Positions 13,714 to 24,547 of a DNA stretch of 64,000 nucleotides are shown here, piece by piece. How positions within the stretch are numbered: the stretch's first letter is position 1; the number at the start of each line of letters is the position of its first letter. The position numbers and the translations under genes are program-made. The DNA is from Octopus sinensis (taxonomy: Eukaryota): the NCBI RefSeq assembly GCF_006345805.1, contig NC_042999.1, forward strand, positions 42,284,001 to 42,348,000. The letters run 5' to 3'. Below the pieces are notes generated by a model, which saw only the letters and a list, made by a program, of their open reading frames with translations, made no database searches and was not told the origin of the DNA.

Positions 13714-14195
13714 GGCAGACAGACAGACGGACGGTCGGAGACAGACAGACGGACGGAGACAGACAGACGGACGGAGACAGACAGACGGACGGAGACAGAC
13801 AGACGGACGGAGACAGACAGACGGACAGACGGACGAGCGGACACAGACAAACGGATGGAGACAGACAAACGGACGGACGGACGGACGGACGGAAACAAAC
13901 AAACAGACGGACGGACGGAAACAAACAAACAGACGGACGGACGGACGGACGGAAGGACGGAGACAGACAAACAGACAGACAGACGGATGGACGGATGGAC
14001 GGAGACAGACTGACAGACTGACAGACAGACAGACAAACAGACGGACGGACGGACGGAGACAAACAAACAGACAGACAGACGGATGGACGGGCGGACGGAG
14101 AAAGATGGACAGACAGACTGGCAGACAGACAGACAGACAAGCAGACGGACGGACGGAAGGACGGAGACAAACAGGCAGATAGATACATAGATGAT
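13266..14195. repeat. Compound GATA/GACA/GACG satellite with ~315-340-bp higher-order duplication
   Basis: Landmark motifs CAGGCAGAC..GGTCGGAG (~13398, ~13712), GACGAGCGGACAC (~13498, ~13831) and GACTGACAGACTGAC (~13669, ~14008) each occur twice. Confidence 0.9.
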
Positions 14196-14324
14196 AGAAA
14201 GAGAGAGAGTGATACGTCATTTTAATAAAGAAAGCGCTTACATACACAATGCAAATGCTTCTATCCAAAACGTTCGTGTCATTCTGTTTTTCCGGGAATT
14301 TTTTAGATGTTCTTTTGCTCTTTT

Positions 14325-14520
14325 ATTCTTTCATTTGTTTCAGTCAATTGACTGTGGCCATGCTGGAGCACCGCCTTAAAGAATTTTAGTCGAACAAATC
14401 GATACCATGACTCATTCTATCAGTCACTTCTCGCCGCATAGCTAAATTACGGGAACTTAAACACACCAGCATCGATTGTCATGCGATGGCGGTAGGACAA
14501 ACACAAACACACACACACAC
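14325..14520 (-). mobile_element. SINE-A 3' module
   Basis: GGCCATGCTGGAGCACCGCC...ACACCAGCATCGATTGTC matches the reverse complement of the SINE-A 3' half. Confidence 0.75.
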
Positions 14521-14532
14521 CACACACACACG

Positions 14533-14585
<53 letters not shown>

Positions 14586-14946
14586 GTATATATATATAAA
14601 AAATGAGAAATAGAGAATGGAGATTGGGTAGTTAATAATTATTTATGACTAACAGCAAATTAATCATCATCCTTTACACCCGTTTCAATTAACATTCAGT
14701 AAATATTAAGTAAATATTAAATATATATGATCTGACCATAATATCTTAAGAGGGAAGAAAATATATCCTTGGATGTTTTACATGTTTTTATAGATTCATT
14801 ATAGTAGACTGAGTGATATGGTTTATAACACAACCTCTAATCGAATATATGTGTGTGTATGTATATATGTATCGCCATGTTGAATCGGTAGCTTCTGCAC
14901 GCATTTTTTTCTCTCCTTGTTTCTCTCCGTGTTTCTTTTCTGTGTA

Positions 14947-14984
14947 TCTTTCTGTTGAAGAGCGTAGGCTCGAAACGTAAAAGA
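14947..14984 (+). ncRNA. Minimal type-I hammerhead-like motif in Penelope-type repeat (core A6->T)
   Basis: TCTTT-CTGTTGA-A-GAGC(GTAG)GCTC-GAAA-CG-TA-AAAGA: 5-bp stem I, 4-bp stem II; surrounding 14860-15080 is related to 57655-57860. Confidence 0.6.
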
Positions 14985-15089
14985 CTTGTTTTATTTCTAT
15001 TCCTGAGCGCCATACTAATATAATTGCTTGTTTGTACTCCACCTGCCTTCGTCTTTTGTTTATTTTCATAAAGCTTCCCGTTATATATA

Positions 15090-16335
15090 CAGGGGTTGGA
15101 CAAAATAATGAAAACACCTTAAAATATCAAAAATATTTTATTTTAATATGGGGTAGGACCGCCTTTGGCTGTAATTACAGCTTGAATTCTACGAGATATG
15201 GACTCGTGCAAAGTTTGAATTGTTTCCAAAGGAATTTTTGTCTATTTTTCAGCTAAAACAGTCTCCTGTTCTTGTAATGATGATGGTTGAGGATATTGAC
15301 TCATAACTTTTTCTAAAACGCACCATAAATGTTCAATAATATTGAAATCTGAGGACTATGGTGGCCAGATAAGATGTTCAAATTCACTAGAATGTTCCTC
15401 GTGCCATTCAGTAACAATTGTAGCCGTGTGAATTGGTGCATTAACATCCTGAAAGATTTCGTTTCCCTCCGGAAACAGTTCCGCAACCATAGGATGAATT
15501 TGATCAAATAAAATGTTTAAATAATCTTGACTATTAATTCTGCCATGAAGGGAAACCGTTGAGCCGGCGGATTTCCAAGATCATCACAGATCCTCCTCTA
15601 TATTTAACAGTTGGAAGAAGGCAGTCTGGGTCAAATGCTTCTTTTGGCTGTCTCCATAAGTATACTCGGCTGGTGGTCGGATATAAAGGAGGACTCGTCC
15701 GAGAAAATAACATTCTTCCACTGCTCTAGGGACCTGCAGGTTTTTACTTCACTCCAAACGCTTTTCAACGATTGTTTTTGAAAGTAGTGGTTTTCTGAAT
15801 GCAGCCCTCCCGTGAAATCCGGCTTTGTGCAGCTCCCGGTGAACAGATTTTGTGGAAACTGGGTTCTCGTGGTGGTCATTAATCTCTGCAGTAATTTTGG
15901 GAGCTGTACTTTTGTGATCCTTTCTAACAATTTGCGAAAGAGTCCGATTGACCCTATCTGAAAGTTCTGGTTTTCTTCAGGAGTTTTCTTTCGACGAGGG
16001 GGTTTTCCCTCTTTCTCAAAGGCTGTCATTACTCTCGAGACAGTACTTCTTGATACACCTAACATTTCGGCTGTTTTCGTTATACTAGCGCCGGCCATAC
16101 AAGCACCAACAATTTGGCCTCCTTGAAAGTCCGACAGATCTGTCATTTTAATGAATTTTAATTACCTTTTCCTAATGATATCTGAAAAGAAACAGCAATT
16201 TTAGCAAAACATATTAAGCAACACTAACAATAAATAAAATAAAAACATAAAAATAAACAAGCTTTTGACGGTTTTATAGATATTTCAAAATTATGATGCT
16301 ATCACGCTAGGTGTCTCCAATGGTTTGTCCAACCA

Positions 16336-16338
<3 letters not shown>
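15090..16338 (-). mobile_element. Tc1-like DNA transposon, full length, frameshifted transposase
   Basis: TIRs CAGGGGTTGGACAAAATAATGAAAACACC / GGTGTCTCCAATGGTTTGTCCAACCACTG flanked by TA; ORF 15631-16146 has Tc1 HTH start (LSDFQGGQIVGA) and VIFSDESSF; WPPQSPDFNIIEHLW readable near 15330-15370. Confidence 0.92.
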
Positions 16339-16369
<31 letters not shown>

Positions 16370-16396
16370 GTACGCGCGCGTGCGCACACACATAGT

Positions 16397-16427
<31 letters not shown>

Positions 16428-16431
16428 AAAC

Positions 16432-16570
16432 ACGACGGGCTTTTTTTCAGTTTCCGTCTTTCAAATTCACTCACAAGGCTATGGTCGGTTCGGGGTTATG
16501 TGTGCCACGCAATAGGACTGAACCCAGAACCATGTAGTTGTGAAGCAGGCTTTTTACCGCACTGCTACAC
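16432..16570 (-). mobile_element. SINE-A 5' module
   Basis: CGACGGGCTTTTTTCAGTTTCCGTC...CACTCACAAGGCT is the reverse complement of the SINE-A body. Confidence 0.75.
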
Positions 16571-19519
16571 TGTTATTGTGAGTGTATCAAATAATTGTGT
16601 ATATGTGTGTGTGTCCGTGTGTGTGTGTGTCTATGTGTTTGTGCGTGTATGTGTGTCTATGTGTGTAAACATGCGTGTGTGTCCGTGTTTCCGTGAATGT
16701 GTGTGTGTGTGTCCGTGAATGTGTATGTGTATCTTTACAGAATAATAAATAGAATGAGAAATAAGGAAAGCTTCTAGCAATGCAGTAAGTTTTTTTAAAC
16801 CTTTATAATTCAAGGCGCAAAGGACCGTCTTCAGAAGAATAGATTCAAAGAAATGAATGCTTATACACATCATACTATTTTGGATAGCCGGCCAAATTTT
16901 GTCCATTTTCAAGGGAAGTCGCTGCTAGTTACTTTTGAAGTCTTCTTTGAACTTGGAAAAAAACAAAGTAGTTATTAATAAGAACCATTGAAATTTATGC
17001 ATGCAAGATTTCACAGCTCTAGCATCACTTCTTCATAGTCAGCCTATGAACCACTCAGTCTATCCTCGTATATACGTATACGTACGCGCGTACACGCACT
17101 CACTCGCACGCACGCACCCACACACACATATGTATATATGAATGTTTGAGTGTGTATGTATGTCTGTCTGTCTGTATGTATGTATGTATTCATGTATGTT
17201 TGTATGTATTCGTGTATGTATGTATTCATGTATGTATGTATGTATTCATGTATGTTTGTATGTATTCGTGTATGTATGTATGTATGAATGTATTCATGTA
17301 GGTATGTTTGTATGTATATGAATATTCCACATTTTCTCACGTAGTGAAGACGTAATGTCCTTGATGTTTGGAGGGTATCTCTTATTCATATGTTTTATGT
17401 AATATATGTTCATCGTCAAGTTTGACACAATATAAAAAAATGGCGGTAGGAAGGAAATAGCGGCAGTTCTGGAGACAAAGGCTTTGGCGAAGTGTCTGAT
17501 ACAGCATTTCAAGTGTGAGAAACAAAAGGACCACGAAAAGAGAAGTGTTTGATTCGGATGATCTCCTCGCACTTATTTATTCATAGAAGCGGCATCCGTT
17601 GTCGTAACGATAAAAAAAAAATTAAGAGAGAGACGGTAGAATACAGCAAGTTGGTCTTCAAATTATCGTAATGTGTTAGCGTGTTAGCTTGATGTCTGAA
17701 ATATTTATCAATACATATTTTGAATTGTGTACTTGTGTGAGGTATGTTGAGATACAGATCAAAGAGAAATGTTTCAGTCATTTGATTTTAGCTCAATCAA
17801 AAAGGAAATTAGAAAGGAAACACATTTATTGCCAAAAGTGGTATTAAACTGAGAATTCACCGAGTTCTGACTTCCATAGACATACATACAGACATACATA
17901 CATACTTACATACATACATACATGCATGCAGACAGAAAGACAGACGGACATGCATTACTACATATTTTTGAGTAAATCTTTTACTGCTGAAAAGGGAAGT
18001 ATTCAATGCGTACAATCAAGTTTATCATTACTAGAAATCAGTTGACTCTCTCGCTTTCTGACTCGGAGTTTCTCGCGTATATAGAATTATTCGTAAATGG
18101 TATTCAGGCGATATTTAATGGAACGAGTAATATTTTGGGACCGGCTAGGGTCAATTCTCATTAGCCATGGCCGGTGAGAAGGTCCAATATGTAATGAAAC
18201 AGAAATATTACGGATGGTAGTGAGTTTGCAATAGTGTAAAGAAAAATTAACGGTCTAGACTTGTTTTCATCAAAAAGCATATGGAAAATATGCAAACTAA
18301 ATTGTCTCTGATGATGACAACCTGACAATATCTAAGATCTTTTACTATGTGACAACACTATTTCGAACTTCTCAGTAGGAAATAGCTGATACTTTTGATC
18401 TCTATCGAAAGAGGGAGCGATTTGATCGAAAACGTTCCTTGATGCTCAACCCGCTACTTCTGATTTTCTTAACAACCTGAAAGAAGTAAAAGGCATTTTC
18501 TTCTGACCTGAATGAATGTAGGTGCTGATTGTATCCACTTTTTAATGTATTTGGAGAGAGTCCCTTAAGATTCTTTTTCCAGATCATTCAAGTTTGATAT
18601 AAATGTCCTGTACCAACGTTTTCTTTTTATCACCTTTCTTTACATTATCGCTTAAACGAGCTTGCATTCGAGAGAAACGATCTGCTAAGGAGGTTGGACT
18701 TCATAGAAGTTGGCTATTGAGATTGAGATGGCTATGCTGTATGCTTTCAGTTACTGTGTGCGTTCTGAAAAACAATGTCATCCAGGCAGGACTAACTGAC
18801 CGTAACTTTATTGGTGTTGAAGGGTTTGTTGTAATGAGTGTAGATGTGCAATGTCATACTGGAGATGGAATGATCTTGGCCACATTGACGGCTACATTCA
18901 TGAAGCTACTACCAAATCCACTCAAGGCTTTGACCAAGAAACAAGATTACTTTTATTTCGTGATTCTAAAACAATGTAAGGAGTGCTCCTGTTATTCTAC
19001 TATGATTTAAAGACTGACCCCAGTATATAATCACCCGCTAAAACCACTTCATACAAGCGCAACATTATGATAAGGTGCGGTCGCTATAAAGATCTATCTA
19101 GCTTAGAATAGACTATACGCATGTATATATGTGAGTGTGTGCGTAATAAACTTATGTGTGAATGTAACAAATAAACATATGTGTGTGTAATATGTGCATG
19201 TAATAAGCATTTGTGTGTGTGTGTGTGTGTGTGTGTGAGTATCAGCAAACAGAACAACAACGATCAAAATAATGATGTGGAGATCTATTTAAGACTATTC
19301 AAACGCAGAAGTAGCAAGCAATGCAGGATATAGACTCGGAGAGCAATAACACCTTTAACTCTATATATAAAACAAGAAAATCCTAGTAACGTTATTTGAA
19401 ATGTATTGTGAGTTCCAAGACCCACATGACGAATTCTGCGTTCGAATCTACAGAGACATCTTATAAATAGATATACATTTCTTTATGTGTGTACCGACAA
19501 AGATATATGCACCGACAAA

Positions 19520-19558
19520 GAGAGATAGATAAATAGATAGATAGATAGATAGATAGAT

Positions 19559-19603
<45 letters not shown>

Positions 19604-19711
19604 GTAGGTAGGTAGGTAGGTAGGTAGGTAGGTAGGTAGGTAGGTAGGTAGATAGGTATGTAAGTAGGTAGGTTGATAGGTAAGTAGGTTGGTAGGTAAG
19701 TAGGTAGATAA
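19520..19711. repeat. (GATA)n/(GGTA)n tract abutting a Tx1 3' end
   Basis: Direct reading. Confidence 0.95.
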
Positions 19712-19857
19712 GTTTCTTTATTGGCCACACAGGGCTGCACACAGATGGGACAAGTTACAAGGTAGAGCTTTTCTTTTGGGGGATGAAAAAAACAAAAAAC
19801 AAAGGAAACAAAAAAAAGGGGGTGGCGTAGGTTTTTGATCAAGAGGGATCGTAAAAA
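19712..19857 (-). mobile_element. 5'-truncated 3' end of the Tx1-clade LINE
   Basis: GTTTCTTTATTGGCCACACAGGGCTGCACACAGAT...CAAGGTAGAGCTTTTCTTTTG matches 36703-36770; GATAGATAG at the truncation point. Confidence 0.85.
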
Positions 19858-19938
19858 GATAGATAGAAGTTTGTGTATATACACTCACGAACATACACGC
19901 ACACACACACACACACACATGCACACAACACACATATT

Positions 19939-19986
<48 letters not shown>

Positions 19987-20640
19987 GCGAGATTAAAAGA
20001 AGAGATCATTAATATCAAATGGTTAGAAATAGATCAAACACAAGCTTTTAGAAAAATGTCGAATTGCAGTATTATCTGTCTTATAATGAATCTTCGTATG
20101 ATTCGGCATCATACTTCAATATTTCGAGCTGCCGACACATGCTCAAAATTTTTTTTGGTGAATCTTAAAGCAAACTCTTCTGATAACATAATGAATATCA
20201 ATTAACTTTAGAGAGCTCATGATTAACTGTATGCGAGCCGAATGCAGTTTAAGCCCGACGGTTTCTATCAGTCGTTTCCTTCCAGTCCGCTAAACTGAAA
20301 ACTTGACAAGAAATATTATTAAACGAAATCTGTATATCTAACAGGCCTGACATATGACAAACAAATATAGATGCATACATGTACATACACAAATACATAC
20401 ATACATATATATATATGCATACATATATAAATATGTAAACTTTAGATAAGTTAAAATATGTTTATACTTCGGTACTTCCCATTGATGCAAGAAACGCATC
20501 TGGGAAACCGATAGAGGGCAGCACTGGGCAGATATGGTGTTTTACAACTTTTACCATAAGAGGGAATATATTTTTCCGCGGTAACTACAGTGAATTTGCT
20601 TCTGGAAGTTGAAATATGTCACAAACATATTTTAACTAAC

Positions 20641-20683
20641 CTAAAGTTCGCTTCTGTCTAAACACTGCTTGGCGCTGATATTG
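20641..20683 (-). CDS. Candidate exon (43 nt, phase 0-1) QYQRQAVFRQKRTL, in phase with candidate exon 20115-20179 EFALRFTKKNFEHVSAARNIE
   Basis: AG/GT boundaries (tgttcag / gttagt; gttatcag / gtatga); only one open frame for the first exon; no homology recognised. Confidence 0.25.
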
Positions 20684-21900
20684 CTGAACACATACACACA
20701 TACACATGTATGAATGTAATCTTATTTATAAGATTATATAAATGCAATAACCGTGTGTACATAATGTATTTATGTTGTTCATTCCCAGTTTAAAAAGGTG
20801 ACCATAGTTTGAAATGAAATGAAATGAAGGTAACTGCTGCTGACGAGGTAGAGAAGGAAAGGGAAGAGAGAAGTGATACAGAATTTGAATGTTGACTGTT
20901 GGTTGAAAGTCGATAATAGATTTTTGTAAATATTTGGTTGGCCAATGAAGAGAACTATCAGTTTTTCTTTAATGCATAGTTTTTTGTTGTTTTTATAGCT
21001 CTGATAAGTACTTTAGCTGTGGTGAGCAGACAACATAATAGAGTTTAATAGAGCGAGCGAAAGCAGGAGCACATAACAACTGGAATTAATTAGATCTTGT
21101 TGTATGTACTACGTAAACATGTTTTATAATATTATGATAACTTTGTGTTCTATGCAGTCAGAAAACTGAAACAAACTAAATTTTAGCTAAGGATTTTTTT
21201 ATTCCTTTTTATATCATTTATTTTTATACAAAAATAAACTAGAATGTTCTGCCAGCAAACAGAGGTACGGAATTCAAATAGGATGATCGAAGGAAAACAA
21301 ATTATTTAATCATTTCAGATTTTCACAATTTCTGACCATGAAATAACATGAAATGTAAAGCGTAAATAATATAGGAATCGTTGAGTTTCGCACCGGTGTT
21401 CACACCGCAGTAAGGCTATGAATCTACTGTGACATGCAGCTCAACCAATTGAATACTAGCAGTTATGAATCCTTTAAACCTTCACAATTGTTGATCTCAA
21501 GTTGCAAGTATTTCATTGAAGTATCTCACTTTTATAAGGTACCTAACCTAAGACGATAACAAGAGGTTCTAGGTTATCATTCATTCTTCAAGCAATTCTT
21601 CAACCAAATATCTTTAATATTACTACCTGGCGTTGCAAAAGTAGAAAATATTGCGTAATATAGTCCATGACTTACTGAAAGACGAAACATTCAACTATGG
21701 GGCTTCATAATTCAAAGGTCCACTCGATCGTAGCTGAACAGGGGTTACACCAAGTTAGATCATGCATCACTGTTTTTTTTTGGGGGGGGGGGGTTCGAAA
21801 ACCTTTAGTGCAGCTGAAGTCGCTGTTGAACAACAAACGTTTACATACATCTCAACAGATGATGTTTTGGAGTATTTAGTTATACCCATTTGATCAGCGC

Positions 21901-22203
21901 GGAGACGCAATGGCCCAGTGGTTAGGGCAGCGGACTCGCGGTCGGAGGATCGCGGTTTCGATTCCCAGACCGGGCTTTGTGTGTGTTTATTGAGCGAAAA
22001 TACCTAAAGCTCTACGAGGCTCCGGCAGGGGATGTGGTGGCAACCCCTGTTGTACTCTTTCGCCCCAACTTTCTCTCACTCTCTCTTCTTGTTTCTTGAG
22101 TAACGCTACGATGGACTGGCGTCCCGTCCAGCTGGGGGGAACACATACACCACGGAAACCGGGACACCGGGCCCATGTACCTGGCTAGGCTTGAAAAGGG
22201 TGT
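21901..22203 (+). mobile_element. SINE-D1 with tail 2
   Basis: D1 head plus CGATGGACTGGCGTCCCGTCCAGCTG...GAAACCGGG tail; 11-bp TSD ATTTGATCAGC (21888-21898, 22210-22220). Confidence 0.9.
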
Positions 22204-22558
22204 AAAAAAATTTGATCAGCACCTTCTATTTTGATGATGTTGATACAGTTAATGATCAGAGTGAAGTTCGTTATGCGGGGCTCCTGGAGGGAAACGGGAA
22301 GAGGAAAGTAAATCTACACGACTATTGTTCTTGGTATAAAATTTTGGAGAAGTATCTGGCTGGAGACTTGCGATCTTAATCATAAGATCTGAACCGTAAA
22401 TGGTAATGATTTTGGGGGGTGGGGGGAGTTCTCATATATTTTAGTCAAGAGTGAAGTCAGTACCCATAACCCTTCACAAGACTCCGGGTAACAGAAAGAC
22501 CTGAAGTGATTGGCGACAGTTTTAAGTGAAACATTGTAATTTCACTGAATAAATATAC

Positions 22559-22629
22559 TCCTCGGTATTATAGTGGTAAGTATCCCCTCCTGTCACGCGG
22601 GAGACAGGGTTTCGATTCCCGCTGGGGAG
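22559..22629 (+). tRNA. tRNA-Asp(GTC), probably pseudogene
   Basis: TCCTCGG...TAGTGGTAAGTATCCCCTCCTGTCACGCGGGAGACAGGGTTTCGATTCCCGCTGGGGAG: metazoan tRNA-Asp layout, anticodon GTC, downstream T6; mismatches in D, anticodon and T stems and a 1-nt deletion. Confidence 0.8.
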
Positions 22630-23596
22630 GCTCGCGATTTTTTAAATAAAAGCAGTGCTCCAGTATGGCCACAGTCAAATAACTGAAACAAGTAAAAGAG
22701 TAAAAGAGTAAATACTCTCTAAAAGGTTTCTCAAATCTCCAACCTGTTTCTTAAATAAATAATAAATCATAGCGTTGACATTTAATGTAGTAGATGATGT
22801 TTTGCGGTGGTGAAGGTCAGATGTGTAGTGATATGGAAATATCATACAATTTTGGAATAATCCTTCTCTTTTATATTTTGGTCAGATTCATTTGGTGACG
22901 TTCTATTCTCTTTCAACAATATATATTCGCAACTGCTACATATATCGCGGAAAACTTTAGCTAACCCCTACTTAAGCATGATCAAGATACAGCTGAAACT
23001 TTCAGACATGCGCTAAATTCCTTTAAATGGTTGGCAATCCTTCATGAGGACTTTTCGTCTACTATTGCCAAAACTTCTTTGTAAAAGTTAGAGTCCGTCA
23101 CGCTCAATACTACTTCAGCCTTCATCAACTGTTGCTAACCGTCATAAATTTCATCAAATAAGAACACACAAATTTCGATCCTATTTCTGTACCTGAGCCG
23201 CTACTGCTGCTACTGTAAATGCTATTTGTCAAAGATGCACCCATCAGCATACGACAAGAACGAGTTCACTGGCATGTAGTTTCTTCATTGTACTAATTCC
23301 CTTAATTCAACAATCCTCCTCCTCCTCCTTCTCCTCTGGACCAACCATCGCTCTATTATCTCTTTCTCCTCTTGCTGTCATCTAAACGGTATCCACCCTT
23401 TCTTCTTTATCCCAACTATCAAACATTTTGCGTTAGCCATTCCTGCCAGATTGACAACGTTTAGTACTTTCTTTCTACTCTAACTAGGTTCCCCAACCAC
23501 GGCTCAACTTGAACTTCAATTGAATCGACCTAACCATACTGTCACAAATTTCAACTCAGTGAATTAATATTCTTGTTGCAAATATTATTATTCTGG

Positions 23597-23628
<32 letters not shown>

Positions 23629-23722
23629 TAGTTTTATTTTTATAGCGTGCTTTCACTTCACTACCGAGCGCAGCTCTGTGCGCCTTGGGTATGTGCTGTG
23701 ATTTGTTGTGATGCTCTGATGG

Positions 23723-24542
23723 TTATTGTATGGAAAGTGTTCTGCGTAGGATGTGTGCAGTGCCTAGTAGTGCAATTTTCTGTATGTTATATGTGTTTGT
23801 AAGTCCTGGTGTTTTTGTTATGTATTTGTCTGAATATTTTTTTATCATGCCTAATTGCACCTACTATTATAGGAATTGTTTCTGTTTTCAGGTTCCACAT
23901 TCTAGTTACCTCTGTTTCCAGGTCTTTAGTATTTTGAGAGTTTCTCCATTTCTTTTAGAGACACGTTGTCATCTGCCGGTATTGATACATCAATTAGAAT
24001 GCATTTTTTTTCTTCATGATCTCTGACAACTATATCTGGTCTGTTGGCCTTAATTTCTCTATCTGTGTGTATCGGCATATCCCAGAGTATGGTTGCTTTC
24101 TCGTTTTCTGTGACCTTTTCTGGTGTGTGCTTATACCATCCTTTTTCTGTTGTTATTCCATAATGTTGGCATAGCTTCCAATGTATGTAGGTTCCAACTC
24201 TGTCATGTCTGTGAATATATATTCCTTCTTAGCCAGGACTGGGCAGCTAGAGATAATATGATTTATTGTTTCTTGTCCATCTCCACATATTCTGCAGTTA
24301 CTTGTAATATTTCGTTCCATTACATGTTTTTGGTAATTTCTGGTGGGGAGGCTTTGGTCTTGTGCTGCAATTAAAAATCCCTCTGTTTCTGCTTTGAGTC
24401 CTGAGCTTCTCAACCATTGCTGGGATTTTTCTTTGTCTATTTCTTTTGCGTTTAGTTTAGTGCAGTATTTCCCATGAAGGGGCTTTTCTTGCCATCGTTT
24501 TATCATGGATCGTTGCTGTTCTATTTTTAGTTTGGATTTCAT
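23723..24542 (-). pseudogene. C-terminal part of the R4 polyprotein (CCHC zinc finger + restriction-like endonuclease), frameshifted
   Basis: CRICGDGQETINHIISSCP; after small indels HRHDRVGTYIHWKLC, NRPDIVV...ILIDVSIPADDN...EKLSKY.DL, ending ILRRTLSIQ*. Confidence 0.9.
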
Positions 24543-24547
24543 TTGTT

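Noticed and set aside
17437-17446. YY1-like AAAATGGCGG motif
   Set aside because: Single short motif with a 6-codon ORF and no other promoter evidence.
18400-18870. Minus-strand protein-like fragments (SLADRFSRMQARL, SGKRILRDSLQIH) suggesting an old LINE fossil
   Set aside because: No diagnostic motif recognised, so the clade cannot be supported.
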